The notes under the pieces: generated by a model
The model's database searches: none
What the model saw: only the letters and a program-made list of their open reading frames with translations
What the model was told of the DNA's origin: nothing
Part shown: piece after piece, positions 1 through 15,655 of the stretch
Layout of the letters: each line of letters starts with the position of its first letter
Position numbering within the stretch: the first letter of the stretch is position 1
From: Atractiella rhizophila
Lineage: Eukaryota
Assembly: GCA_021432655.1 (NCBI GenBank)
Contig: MU271497.1
Span: forward strand, 1-52,641
Direction of reading: 5' to 3'
DNA length: 52,641 bases
Position numbers and translations under genes: made by a program

Positions 1-343
1 CTGGCGATTTCTTTCCTTTCATCCTGAAGTCAATACTGTTGTTCATAATAGTTGATAAGCATAGCTAACGTAAGTCTCCAATATCCTGCTCTCCAATCAC
101 GCGTGAACTGAAGCCAATCTATCCTGCCTGTCCTCCCATTTGGTCAAGCCAACAAAAGATGCGACAAACCTACTGTCAGGCTCGGATGAGGAAGATGCAA
201 TTTCTCGAAGTTGGGATGAGACGGATTGCTCCCCTAATACACAATTGGACGTGATAAACTTGGTTGGCGCAAGTCTCACATTCGACCAAAGTCCCAAAGA
301 CGTCAAAGACGAGGGCTTCGACACCACCTAGAGAGGAATTCAT
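1..343 (-). CDS. Haloacid dehalogenase type II / HAD-like hydrolase, 5' part (runs off the window start)
   Basis: Manual splicing from ATG 343 gives MNSSLGGVEALVFDVFGTLVE|WEQSVSSQLRE...|WLQFTRDWRAGY. This has the HAD motif I DxFGT, with short GT-AG introns. Confidence 0.85.
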
Positions 344-1540
344 GTCTAATCAATGCAGTAAAAGTCAGCCAGAGAGTACAACTCATATCACGCATCCAAC
401 TGCTTGAAATCGGACCTTGCTACAGCACATGAAACAACCCAATGTTGCAGAGCAAGTGAGAGCTTATATGCATTCTGACGAGACTTGCAAATTTTAACAA
501 TATGTGTACCGTTGATAAAGGGATACGCCACTGAGAGAGTTAAATAGGGATATTCGTAGGACTTCCAAATATTCCTGGACTAAGAACAATAGTACGCTTG
601 AGATTAATATGTTCTCGGAATTCAGAGCGCAAAGCTTCCAACTCAAGGAGGATAATGGTGGGTAATGTTGGGCCTCGCACCCTAGACTGTGGACTGGAAC
701 TTACTGAGACAGGTAATCTTCTAAGTACTCTGCCTTTGTGGCACTGTTACAACTCCGTTCACGTATCTATAGGTACATCTTGGAATATTGCTTCTCTACT
801 GATATTATGGATTGGTCCAGTGCTGGTCGCACAAGGTCACTCTGAGTCGTTCGATTCGATAATGCTACATCGACTTGCATCAACTCGAACAACATCTACA
901 CATTAACACCAACCAATATCACCAATGTGGGAGTAGGTATTCATTCAACTCCAAGGGTATGTGAAAACTTCTCTGTGGCATTGTTGTGCTCTTCTTCAGG
1001 ATCTAGACAAGTGTACCCCTAATTTCGGGCTGAGCGCCAAAATCTTTGCCTTACCTTGAATCACCCTTAAAATGGACCATGAATAACACATGAATACGTG
1101 GATTTGTGGAAATCGTTTACTTTTTGCAAAGAACACGCCCCTCTGTAATTGCTGCTCAAACTGTTCGCCTTCACGCGCAGTGGCTCCTTCCAGGATGCTC
1201 AAACCGTCACAAATTGCAGCATAATATTATTCTCTTTTATAGGCTTGTGTGACAGTTTAGTTCAGCTCGGGCTAGGTGAAATGAATCTTTCGCCCACCTC
1301 GAGCAATTTAGGTGAAAGTGAAACTATTTCTGTGGTCCTACCAAGCGCAGTCAGGCGTCGTCACGTCAGGCTTCAGAGATGCGAGCGTCTGCGGGTATAC
1401 AATGCAGGGGTATTTGCTCCCAAGCAACGTCAATTTCTCAAATAGACCTAATACAGCACCTGGAATGCTGACTGCGAAGGTGTCTTTAGATCCAACTTTG
1501 CCTTTGGCCATCAATCTCGTCCAGTCAGCATCAGCTAGCC

Positions 1541-3163
1541 ATGGTGCTTCAGCGTCCACTCCTCCTCTTCGTCCTCCCCGTTTCTACCCTTTCTTTCGTC
1601 CTCGTCATCTGGCTATATCTCTCCTCGCCATATCTATCGCGCTCGTCCACTTCCACATTTGACGGTTCATCCGCTCCCTCCTTCCCCGCACAGGTCCCAG
1701 CCTTAGATCGCCTCCTCTACCTGCCATTGAAGCAGGACGACCTGGAACGATGGGGCTCGACATGCCCGGAGATATACACGGAGCAAAGTAATCAAGATCA
1801 GGTGCGCGGGAACGAGGAGAGCTGGAGGAAATTGCTGGCGAATGGGACGGCGGTCTACGAACGAAGGACACAGCTGTATCGGAACGTCGCAGATGACGTG
1901 GCGTCGGGCGTGATGGAAAAGACTCGAGGAGAGGGACGAGGGATAGTTACGACAGCTGGGAACGCAAATACGCTCCAAAATCTGAAGGCGACTCTCAAAA
2001 TGGTCCGTGAAGACAACCCCCTCCTCCCCGTCGAGATATTTTCATATCCCTCCGAGACTCCCAATCAGCCCACACGTGTAGCTTTCGAACACGAGCTTAA
2101 ACCTTTGAGAATAACTTGGAGGACGGTAGAGGGGAGAAAAGACAGCAAGGCTTGGAAGAATTTTCAGTTGAAACCAGAAGCAATACTGAGGAGTAGTTTC
2201 AAAAATATCCTCTACATCGATTCAGACAATGTGCCTCTCGGATCGTTGGAGAGCCTGTTTGAGCGCCTTGAGGAGGGGACGGTAGAGGGAGGGGCTGTCT
2301 TCTGGCCTGATTTGACGAGGGATGGAGGTGAGCTTTCATTATGCTGGTCTCTGTCACAACTGATGAAGTGAGCTGTGTCGTGCATAGGAAAGAATCCAAT
2401 TTGGGCACTTCTAGGTATTCATTGCACGAGAGATTTTCAACTGGATTCAGGTGCGTATTTCGTTCCTTCTACTACTGGCTGGAAACTTTTGTTTTGGTTT
2501 GAAAGGTGCCATTCTGATTTCTAAAACCGCCAATGGCGGACTGAACCACCTTGCATTGGCGCTCGCAAACGCCATGGCTAAGGATTGGGAGTTCTGGTTC
2601 TCCCTTTCTGGAGGAGATAAGGATGCTTTCCGGTCCGCGCTTCCTTGTGCCTGCGCCTCTTCGAATGTGGAAGTGTTAATGGTTTGTATGGTTTTAGATA
2701 TGCCTTCTATGCGCTAGGATTGCCCTATACCAGAGCACCACATTACCTCTCCTCTGCTGGAGTTGTAAGCCCTGAAGGCAACAGGTTCTGTGGTCATACA
2801 ATGCTTCAGTACTCCTTTCTTCCGCCTCCTCCTTCGTCTTCCTCCAACCAAGGAGCACAACACGCACTGCCACTCTTCGTCCACGCCAACCTGCTCAAAC
2901 ACACTTTCCTCCCGAGCCCTTTCTTCAAACACGTCAAGCGCATTCGCGACGACCTCGTACACCAACCAAACGAGGACACTCTGAGGCGAATCAGAAACGA
3001 AGTGTGGAGCCCAAAGAGAGGAGGATTGTGTGTGGACATTTGGTTGACGAAAGAGAAAGAGGGAGAGACGCTCATTGAACCTTGGGACGAGGTTTTTGAT
3101 GGAATGCTGAAAGGGTACGAGAGACGATGGATCACGGCTGGTGGGCGTGCCGGAGTGTTTTGA
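1541..3163 (+). CDS. Alpha-mannosyltransferase, GT71 family (MNN2/MNN5-like type II membrane protein)
   Basis: N-terminal TM anchor; motifs RGIVTTAG, LPVEIF, FQLKPEAILRSSFKNILYIDSDNVP, AVFWPD, GGDKDAFRYAFYALG, FCGHTMLQY, LFVHANLLK across ORFs 1541-2371, 2451-2717 and 2645-3163. Confidence 0.88.
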
Positions 3164-3554
3164 TCTGAGATGCTTGTAAGGACTTCGTTGTAATTTATAT
3201 CTCGTGTCATAATCTTTGATACCGCATTATGCTGTCACACTGTTAATCAGCTACTCTGAGTGCTGAGGAACGGAGCCCAAGAATGCGAGGTTGAATTCAG
3301 TTTCTTTCATTTTACACCTTTTTTTATGCTTCGCAAGTACGTATACGGTTATCATGAGAACCAGAAACAGATGCCCAATCTAGAATCCGAGAGAAGAGAA
3401 AGAGGTAATGCTGGGTTGTAAATGGATGACAGAACGACGGAAATGCACTGGTAGTGGCACGACAGAAGAAGACTTTTGTATGCGGGTTGAACCGATATGC
3501 GAAATGCTACGAGACTTGAACTTCATCCTACACTCTTTGGCAAGTGTAAGTAGC

Positions 3555-5340
<1,786 letters not shown>

Positions 5341-6876
5341 GATGAAAAGCAAGAGGATAAGGTGTTTGGAAAGATCTAGAGAGAAGCGACGCCGTCGTTG
5401 CTGAAGGAGATTTTTTTGAGTAATTTCAAATTGGCAGCCCCCCCCCGAACCCAAAAAAAAATGAAAACAAAAAATAACGAAAAAGAAAAAAACGGCAAAG
5501 GAAATGGGGAAAAGGAAATTCAAAAAACGTAACCAAAAAAAAAAAAGAGAGGTGTATCTACCTCACTCACTGTGTTTGGTTGGAAGAAAGAATGCCGAAC
5601 AAAAAAAACAGCAGGGATCAAGCAAGAGGGACTGACCGACTCAGCCAGCGAGGAAGCAAGAGACATAAAGAAAAACTCAAACTCCACACAATCCAGAACA
5701 AGAACCAACAACCGACCAACGACCCACAAAACACAAAATCACAAAAAAGCTTTAAGACATTACTCTGTTGGGGAACTGTTCTGTTAGCGGATACACCAAT
5801 TGAGTAGCCGTGCGTAGTAATACTAGCCCTAACGATACTTAGCAATTCTCTTTCTATCATTACACCACAAAAAAGTCGATATTGATAACATTTAGTCATT
5901 GTTCATTACCTAATGCCTAACAGGCTGTTCCCTATAGACGGCTCTCCATACTCTCCCAACTCGGTGTCCGCGCATCTACCGATACCTAGATCCTCGATCT
6001 AACTACACGTGAAGAAAGTCAGCTGTCAGTATGTCAGCTTGGACGTGTTCGCACAGAAACGAACACTTGGATTCCGCTAGTTGTCACCCCTCACTTTCAT
6101 ACTACTAGCACTCGACCATATTTATTGACGGTGGAATAGTATTTCAATCCGTCGCCGCATAGTTCTATCGTCATGGCGGTAACCACTACTAGAATATGCT
6201 TATCGATGTCGCCTTTATTTCCGCAATTGTGCGCCGTTGCGAGCGAACGGGTTTTACCATGGAGGAGTCATCTCGTGTTTAAACGGTTTGAGTCCAAGGT
6301 AGGTGAGCGTTCTCCGGTTTTTTAGAAATCGTCTCAAAAGATGGTGAAACAGAGGGCTGAGCGAACAAGGGTTCGTCTCTTCTTAATAAAACTGCACCCC
6401 GATGCCTTAGGTGGCTACAGATTCGTAAATGGTCCAAATCCATGACAGCATGGCGCGAAAGCCTCACGCCCGAGGAAAAGGAAGTATGCCTGTCGTTCTC
6501 TGCATGACCGATAACTACTAATACGCACAGCTCTAGACATTATCCAGTTATCTCTCAGAAAAGCAAATGAAGCATTGGGAACAAAGTGGGCCTCTTGTCC
6601 CCCGCCATTACGAGCTCTGATCCAATCGTAGTGGACCCGCTGGAACGGGACAAAGAGTCTGGGAACCGCGGCAGGATTTCGCCAGAACAGGTAGAAAACC
6701 TGATTGAGGGGAAGCGTCAACGTTGGTCTAATCATTTTCTTGCCCTTTCCAGCCTTTTTGATGCAAGAGTAGGATTTGGACGACCTACGAGTACTTATGC
6801 TATAGAAATAACCCGAAGAGGTCCTCATTGGCTCCTTGACTGTAGTGGGGCCTGCTTAACGCGAGTCGTCACACAG

Positions 6877-7985
6877 GTCATCAACGACGGCGGGAAGAAG
6901 AAACAAATATACGTCGACTGCATCCTGAACTGTATCCCTTTGAATGCTCGGTGTGCTCCTGGCGGACAGACAGCAATTCTTCACTAAAGAGGTAAGATTT
7001 TATTCTTTGACACGGATGATGATCGCCAATTAGCAATGCTACCTAGACATGTCAACACTGTGCATGAAAAGAGGGGCGTCATCTGTGGCGGCTGTTCCCT
7101 CTACTATTGTAAGTAACCCAGCCACAAGTGGCTTATTCTACAGCTTATACGTCCAACAGCGCGAAAAGACATGGCAAAAGTGCATCAAAGCAAAGAAGGC
7201 TCGGAGTGCCGCTCCGCACCGATTCTCAACGCACCAATGCAGAAAGCTACAGCTCAATGGTTCTGCGTCGGATGTGAACGCCTTTTTAGTGCGTTTCTTG
7301 TCTCACAGAATATCTGTCCATTTTGAGATAGCCTTGAAGATTCTACCGACGCATTGAGAGAACATCGGGAAGCCATTGAAGCTGAAAGCGCGTGTCGGAA
7401 CGCGAAGCCATTCTACGTTAGCCCAAAAGGGAAAATTCTGTCAGGAGACATTAAACGTGACGTTCGTCGGCTGCATACTTGTGAAGTATGTGGGGATTCT
7501 TTCTCTTCGCACCGTAATCTATTAGGGTCTGTAACTTTCAAATATGATCATAAATGTGTTAATTTAGAGACTGTTCAGGCACAAAACTACACATCGGGGT
7601 AGAATGCATATCTGCGCTGGATGTGGGAAAACTTATGGTATGCAGCTCCATTCCGTTTCACAAAGAGGCTAATATGCTTGCAGCGAGTCGATACGCTGCC
7701 ACCAGACATCAAAAGGCGGTGGGTACAAGCCGTACTTGCCCATCTGCTGCGATTTTCTGGGTCCCTGCTCCAAAGGATTACACTCAGAATCTGTGCCTGG
7801 GTTGTGGCAGAGCGTTCGGTATGCTTCTCATCAACGACGCTTTGCCTGTTTTTTTTTGGCTGATGACACTTTCAGCTTCATCTGACGATGTTGAGAAACA
7901 TAAATTCCAAAATACTCCTCCCGTTTGCCAAGACGCTGGGGTCCACATCATACCTCCAATATCTCAGCCCTTTACTGAAGAATAA
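6877..7985 (+). CDS. Six-finger C2H2/C2HC zinc-finger protein; 5' exons uncertain (possibly back to ATG ~6259)
   Basis: Removing introns 6992-7046, 7109-7159, 7289-7339, 7527-7578, 7638-7683 and 7819-7875 gives one open frame: FECSVCSWRTDSNSSLKRHVNTVH, ICGGC..H..C, FCVGC..H..C, HTCEVCGDSFSSHRNLLGHKTTH, ICAGC..H..C, LCLGC..H..C, stop at 7985. Confidence 0.8.
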
Positions 7986-8209
7986 TTAAATTTAAGCTAG
8001 TCGCTGGTTGCAGTTCCTTCCTGTATTTAAGAATCGTTGTCTGTCGCCAATCAATACATGGTAGGCCTAATATACCCAAATTGATCGTGAGCTTATCACC
8101 ATTATATTTGAAATTCAGTCACGCCTTTTGCAAATACTAGCCTTATCCCTGTGGTTTGTCAGCTCAACTCTCGCCTGGGAAATTACCTCACAAAACTGAT
8201 ACTACTGAT

Positions 8210-10547
8210 ATGAAACAGAAATACGATGGCCTGCCTATTGCTTCCAACGTCTCATTACCGACAGTGACACCAGCGCAACAGTCGAGGGCTGGGAAGTTCA
8301 AGGTTGCAGCGCTCGGATGCTTTCTGTTACTGTTCTTCGCTTTCCCTGATAGCTTAAGAGGATACCAGACACCTCTCTGGACGAACCATGTTTCAACGGC
8401 CGGTGCGCTGCAGAAGGTCAGAGGTTGCCCCAAACCTGTTGCTGCCATAGTTCCCCCAATCGACTCAACTTTCATCGATGCTGATGGATATAGAAATGCT
8501 TCTGCCCATAGACTGAGTAGACTTGTCGTACGTTTGTTTGCTCCTTCGTAACCGACCTGTAAATTGAAGGAGTGAGCAGCAAATCCCATCCATCTCTTAT
8601 GATGACAATGGCAAGCCCAATGAAGACGAGCGATGGAAACCGTTCTTCGAAATTCCGGCGTATCTTCAGGATACGTTTCCTGCTGTTTTCTCCTTCGCAA
8701 CGCTGGAGAAGGTGAACACGCTGGGTCTTTTGGTCACACTTCAAGGCTCAGAAGCATCCCTCAAACCGCTGCTTCTGCTCTCTCACACGGACGTCACTCC
8801 CGTCGACGCCTCTACTCGATCGCAATGGACTAAAGATCCGTTTTCTGGATATATCGATGAAGATGGTAAAGAGGGAAGGGTCTGGGGAAGAGGTGCTGGG
8901 GACGACAAGACTTTGTTAGTTGCGCAGTACGAAGCTTTGGAAGCGCTTTTAGGTAGTGGATGGAGACCTAGGAGGACCATCATTCTTAGCCATGGGGTCG
9001 GTGGTTCCTTCATAGCGAATTTCGTCGGATTCTAACACATCCTTTGCGAGGATACAGTTTGACGAGGAAGAAGTGTTCGCAAGACAAGGAGCTGGAGAGC
9101 TGGCAAAATTCTTGGAAAGACGATACGGCAAAGATTCCATGCTTATGGTGATCGACGAAGGTTCTGGGATTGCCGAGTAAGTGAATGATGAATCGAGTGT
9201 AGACTCACTCTAAAGTGACTGGTCTTGTCGACAGAAACCTCTATGGCACTCCTTTCGGTCTGCCTGCATCTAGTGAAAAAGGGTACCTAGACGTCCGAAT
9301 ATCCGTCTCAGTACCTGGTGCGTACCATTCTCTTCCCTGCATACATACTTCACACTCAATTGTAATCAGGTGGCCACTCCTCTGTCCCTCCCGCACACAC
9401 TGGGATCGGCATTATATCTTCGATAGTAACGGCCATAGAGGACACACCGTACTCTCCAACACTGGAGTTGGACGATCCTTTCTTTGGTTTCCTGCAATGT
9501 GCGGCTGAATACGCGCCGAACTTCCCTCGGGATATGAAGGAACTTGTAGACAGCGCTAACGCTGCGAAGAGCGTGAAAGACGCTAGAAAAAGCTTGGATA
9601 AACTCGCAAACTTGTTTGCGAATGAGGGATTGAGTAATAAAGGCTTGTTTCAATGCCTGCCTAGGTTGGAGATGTCGCTGACGGTGTTATCTAGCAATGG
9701 TTTCAACTACTCAGGTAGAGCAAGATTTCATATTCACCCACATTCATGTATCATTACTAATTGTTGTGATGTACGAAGGCCATAGATACCATATCTGGTG
9801 GCGTCAAGGTAAACGCTTTGCCTGAATTCATCAGTCTCCAAATGAATCATCGGATCGCATTTTCGCATTCGCTTTCTTACGTCCGCTCTCACCTCGAAGA
9901 TTTGATCAAGCCCATTGCCAAGCAACACGACTTGGAGTTCGTTGGATTCGATGGAGTTGGCGGAAAGGCTGAGAGGGTTGTTAGACTAGAGTGCGCATCT
10001 TCAAGGTTGTGGGGATTCAAGTTAAGGATAACTGTCTTTTGAATGAATAGGACGATTGGGGTGCCTCTGGAGCCTGCCCCTAGGAGCCCGACGAGCGGCG
10101 GTGTTTGGGATCTGCTCAGCGGGACAATTCAGCATGTCTATCCCTCCAATCAGTACGGAAAGACAGTGGTTTCCCCTTACGCGGCCACGTGCGTCCCTCA
10201 CTTCCTCTCTCTTTACGCCGCCGTGAGCTGAATTCTTCCCATTTAGCGGTAATACAGATACCAAAGTGTATTGGAACCTGAGCCGTTCCATCTTTGTGCG
10301 TTCATTAGTCGCCTCGTTTCTGCCTCACTAATTTCACGCCGAGTAGCGTTTTACCGGCTCCGCTCCTACTACAATTCCTATGAATGCACACACTGTTGAC
10401 GAAAGCGCTTCAATCCCTTCCCACCTCTCCATCGTGAAGTGGATTCACTCTATTGTCCAGAATGCTGTGAGCCGGACCTCGAAAAAGCAGCCCGTGGGAA
10501 CTAACGCACACGCTTATGGATAGGATTTGTACGACGGGGAAGAGTGA
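8210..10547 (+). CDS. CPS1: Carboxypeptidase S-like M20 peptidase (Gly-Xaa carboxypeptidase), multi-exon
   Basis: N-terminal TM helix; motifs KPLLLLSHTDVTP, WGRGAGDDK, FDEEE, IDEGSG, SEKGYLDV, GGHSSVPP, GGVKVNALPE, GNTDTKVYWNLS, AHTVDE. Confidence 0.9.
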
Positions 10548-10789
10548 ACTCTCTTCTTTTACCATGCGTCACGACACCGGATGACATTGAGGTAACTGCA
10601 TCCCTCTCGAACCCTAGAACTGTCATCTCTTTAAGCTACTATTGATTTGAAGACAGCACCAAAGTAGCTACAATTGAAATAGAATCTTGGTTCTATCAAT
10701 ACTCCATCGAACAGCATGCCCAACCTAAATCGAATGGTCTACGAATCGTTATTTTCTTGCACTGCAAGCTCACACCTGATCGGCCTGAT

Positions 10790-13015
10790 CTATGACTCCG
10801 CCTTCTTCTCCTTCACCTTTATTTTTAACTCCTTCTTTCTCCTCTTTCTCTCTTCTTTCTCCTCAAACCGCTTCTTCTTCCGTCTCGCTTCTTCTCGCCT
10901 CCCAAAATTGGATTCGAACAGTTCCTGCATAACCCACGAGCAAGAACAAATATGCGAGTAAAGAATATTATTCTGATGGCATGAGAATGTAAGGTGAGAG
11001 GGACGTACAGTGTTCGCTTCCCGTTTGGCCCTTGTGATCTTGTTCAAGTTATCGAGCACCTTGGATTCGGGCAACTCTAAAGGGGTAAGTTTTGTATCTA
11101 AGTTGTCAACCCATCTATCAGTCATCAAGCGCAAAGGAGAGTATGAAAAAAGGCTGCAGAGCACAAGAGGGACGCACTAATTCTTTGCTCCACCTTGAGC
11201 AACAAATCCACGTCCTCCTTCCCAACAAAAGTGACAGCCACGCCGCCCATCCTCCCCTTCCCAGGTACAATTCTGGCCGTCCGTCCCACGCGATGTATAT
11301 ATTCGTCCTCCGCTTCCTGACTGGGCTCTTCCTCCTCCTCCTCCTGCTCTCCCTCCTTTCGATCCCTCCTTCGCATCCGCTTGCCCAACACCCGAGCCTT
11401 CGTCATTGGCAACTCCCAATTGATGACGCCCTCGACGCCTTCGAGGTCCAATCCACGAGATGCGACGTCGGTACAGATCAGCAGAGGCACTTGGCGGGTT
11501 CTAAACTTTTCAAGGTTCGCGAGGCGCTCTTTTTGGGTCAGGTGAGAATGTAGGGGGACGGAACGGAGGGGGATCGGTGCGAAGGAGAGGAGGGAGGAGA
11601 GGTAGGAGGCTGTTCGTGGATGTGTCACGAAGATGAGGATTTGGGGTAGGGATGGGGTGGTGTTTTGGTCCTCTTGTTCTCGGTTCGATGATTTGGAATG
11701 CTTGGACGGTTTAGATGGCTTGGAGGGTTTGGATGTTGGAACAGGAGCGCCGGTAAGTGCACAGAAGTTGAGAAGGAGGTAATAGAGGTAAACTTCTCGG
11801 ACATGGGAGGGGATGAAGATATAATGTTGTCTGAGATTCTCCGGAGTCGCGATCCTGTATGGGATTCAATTCAAATATTGAGAGACGTAGAGGAAAGAAG
11901 GAACGTACTCTCCAGGCTCGATGTGGACGAATGTAGGTTCCTTTCCTTCTTTTGGCGGCCGCTGAGCATATGCCTCGAGTTGTGGGGTGAGAGTTGCCGT
12001 GAAAAGGAGAGTCTGACGGTCCTGGTTTACTCTTGAGAGGATGTACTTCAAATCGTCAGTGAAAGAGGAAGAGAGGAGGCGATCTGCTTCATCCAGGACC
12101 TACGCACATGGGTCAATCTACAAACTGATATCAGAATAGGAAGGACGAACCAAGTATCGTATCCGATCGAAGAAACCTATCTCCTCCCCATTCCGCATGA
12201 CGTCCACCAACCTGCCGGGGGTAGCGATGACGATGTGAGGTCTGCGCTCCATCTCGAGGGACTGTTCAATCATATCCATGCCACCAATGACCACGGATAT
12301 CTGCACATTGATGGCGGATCCTACTGCAGCGAACTGTGTGGAGAGCTGGAAGGCGAGCTCACTGTAATAACCTTCAATGAGCGCTGGAGGAGCAAGGAAG
12401 AGGGAGTGACAAACCGGGTTGGTGTGAGAACGAGAGCGTAAATTCCATATGGATCATTAGCGAGGGATTGGATGATGGGAAGTGCGAAGGCTAGCGTTTT
12501 TCCAGACCCAGTTTTGGCAACTCCTAGACAATCTCTCCCTTTTTCCCAGTATTATGTCAGCATGTTGTTAAATACCTGGAAGCAGAGAAAGAGAAAAGTC
12601 CAGAAAGATATAAATGGGGAACAAGAAAAAGGAGAGAAAAGATATTGACAGCTTCGAGAAAGATATAAGGAGAGACAAAAGCAGAAAGAATGCAGCGAGA
12701 AAGTGTAATAGTGGAGAGAGACGAGAAGATTTTAAAACGGGAGCAAAAAAACAGACAGGAGATTGAACGAAATGAAGCAGCTGAGGCGAAAGAAGAAGAA
12801 TACAGTCAAGTGATAAACATATTTAAAAATAACTCAAAAAGGAGGATTTAAGCTAATCAATGGAACAAAGAAATAGATGGATGCAAAGTGAAAGACAGAC
12901 CTTTGATGATCGGGAGAAGACAATGTTGTTGGATAGAGGTTGGGGATCGAATGGATAGTACAGCAAGAGTGCGGGCGAGGTGAGGATTTATTCCGAGCTC
13001 TGCAAAGGTGGACAT
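10790..13015 (-). CDS. DBP8: DEAD-box RNA helicase, DBP8/DDX49 type
   Basis: Q motif in exon 1 ([14 protein letters not shown]); [74 protein letters not shown]; basic C-terminal tail. Confidence 0.88.
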
Positions 13016-13280
13016 TATCAAAGGTATATGTCACAGCTCATACACTCATGAGTTGTGGTGAGGTTCAGGTCGTGCTTGTTGAGCAAATAAAATTGCCACT
13101 CAAACCTAATCTCTGTAGGGAGAAGGTTTTGATCGCAATGTCCTCCCGCAGCAACGAGGATCGTAACAACCAACAATTCTGCCCAATCACATCCAACGCA
13201 TCACTAACAGTTTCCACCTTCCCCACTCTCCACAAGCCCCTCAGAAGCCTGGTCACTAACTGCATCTGCACGAGCCCTTC

Positions 13281-15655
13281 ATGATTCGCACACGCCTTCT
13301 CTCCCGCGGCCTGGCGACGGCCTCCCGAACCATATTCCCCGCCTCTCAGCCCGCGACACCGAAAATAGTGACCTCTTCCCTTCCAGGGCCAAAGAGCAAG
13401 GAGCTGAGCGGAGAGGGAGGAATGGGAGGGTTTAGCGACTCTAGGACTCATGCTTTTGTTGTCGGTGCGCGTTTCTTCCCTGTGCAGACCGCACCGCAGT
13501 ACTTGCGTTAATGTTTGGGGGGGTGTTGACTCGTCTTTTTTTTGGTTGGGCAGATTACGCCGCTTCGAAGGGTGTGTTCACTCTTTTGCACCTTGAGCAG
13601 TTCCGAGAAGTGATGTGTCCGTAGGTAACTTCATTCAGGATGTTGATGGCAATACCTACCTCGACATGTACTCTCAAATAGGTGAGTATCTCCGCTACTT
13701 CCACCTTAGCTCATGCAGCTAACCATCTATACTGACAGCCTCGATCCCAATCGGGTATAACCACCCCTCTTTGCTAGAGCTCGCCAAATCCGTATGCTCT
13801 GCGCCATTCTGTTGTGTAGAAGGCAGGAAGACTGACTGGCGCCCTACAGGACGAATTCGCGATTGCAGCGATGAACAGGCCCGCACTGGGCTCCTTCCCC
13901 CCCGCAAGCTGGACGCCCATCATCCGCGATGGCTTGCTGTCCGTGCATCCGCCGGGCCTGGATCAGCTGTTCACGATGATGTGTGGGTCTTGTGCTAACG
14001 AGGGAGCGCTCAAGGCGGCCTTCTTCGCTTATAGGGGAAGGGAGAGGGGTGGTCAGGATCGAGAGTTTTCGAAGGAGGAGATTGAGAGTTGTATGCGCAA
14101 TCAGGCACCGGGAAGCCCCAATTTGAGCGTTATTAGCTTTAAGGGTGCTTTTCATGGTAGACTTTTTGGAACGTTGAGCTTGACGAGGAGCAAAGCTATA
14201 CACAAGGTCGGTGTTTATGACTTTCAGTTCCCACTTATATTCCCGCCTATTTAATTTTCCTTTCAATGTCTCAATGTCTCGCCTTAGGAAGCTGCTTACT
14301 GACGGAAAATGGTGTGGATGATGAGGATAGATCGACGTGCCAGCCTTCGATTGGCCTGCCCTTGACTTCCCACGCCTCAAGTACCCATTGGAGGAGCACG
14401 TGGCGGAGAACAAGAGGGAGGAAGAGCGCTGCCTCGCTCAAGTGGAGGAGACAATCGAGAGGCTGTCAGTTCCTTTCCTCTGCTTTTTTCCTTCCCTGCT
14501 GCCCGAAGGATGCTAATGACGATACTGTGTCGATGTTGGGGAAATGTAGGAAGAAAACGAAACCAGTCGCTGCACTCATCATTGAGCCCATCCAGAGTGA
14601 GGGAGGAGACCATCACGCTTCGAAAGAGTTCTTCCGTGGTCTTAGGAGGATTACCAAGTCCCATGGGGTATTCTTCATCGTCGACGAGGTGAGGCAGCCT
14701 AGTTCTTCTTTCTCACTCTCGCACCAACCAATCTGAACCTGGAGACTGACTGTCTGCTCCGTGCTTCGCGCTGTGGTGCGCTGGCCGCGTGGGATGACAG
14801 GTCCAGACTGGAGTTGGGGCTACTGGAACGTTTTGGGCACACGAAGCGTGGGGATTAGAGCACGAGCCAGATTTCGTTACTTTTAGCAAGAAGATGCAGG
14901 CTGCAGGATTCTAGTATGTCATGCCTCCCTACACACGCTCCTCCTCCATGCTCCTTCCGCCTCTCTCCGCTTCCCGTACTTTTCTTCCTCTCTTTCTTTC
15001 TCAGAACCACGTACTGATCAATCGAACGTTAATAGTCATAAGAAGGAAACACGACCCGCGCAGGGATATAGGAACTATAACAGTGCGTTCTCGTATCGCA
15101 AAGACCCATGAATGACCAGAGTTCTGTCTGTAGCCTGGATGGGAGACCCAATTCGAGCTTTGGTATGTGTCATCTTACCACTACAATCGAACCACATCCA
15201 ATAAACGGGAACAGCAAGCACGGGAGACGATCAAGGTAATCAAGCGCGATAGTCTGATTGACAACACGATCTCTGTCGGTTCTTACTTGTACAACGGACT
15301 GGAAGAGATTGCCAGGACGAGCGGGCAGGGAAAACTTCTGAACCTTCGAGGAAAGAATACGGGTCACTTCATCGCGTGGGATTGCGAGACGCCAGAGAAG
15401 AGGGATAAGTTCCTCGCCGAGATCAAAAAATTGGGTATCAATATGGGAGGCTGCGGTGATCGGGCTGTTCGACTCAGGTGCGTGTTGAGCTGAGCAGATG
15501 AAGATCAGCAGGCTGACGGGAGGACAGGCCTATGCTTATCTTCGAGAAGGGGCATGCGGATTATTTCCTCGAAGTGCGCTCTTTCAAGTTCGTCAAAGAA
15601 TTCAGAACTGATAAATCCTGAGCAGAATGCACCAACAGTCTTCAAATCGCTTTAG
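13281..15655 (+). CDS. UGA1: 4-aminobutyrate (GABA) aminotransferase, mitochondrial-type, many exons
   Basis: Presequence-like N-terminus; motifs [105 protein letters not shown] (PLP lysine). Confidence 0.95.

Noticed and set aside
5400..5760. A/C-rich low-complexity region upstream of SAH1 with several short ORFs
   Set aside because: Homopolymer-rich promoter DNA or poor consensus; the ORFs are compositional artefacts.
7312..7335. Apparent in-frame C-P-F-TGA suggesting selenocysteine or a nonsense codon in a CxxC
   Set aside because: It lies inside intron 7289-7339; splicing restores an open zinc-finger frame.
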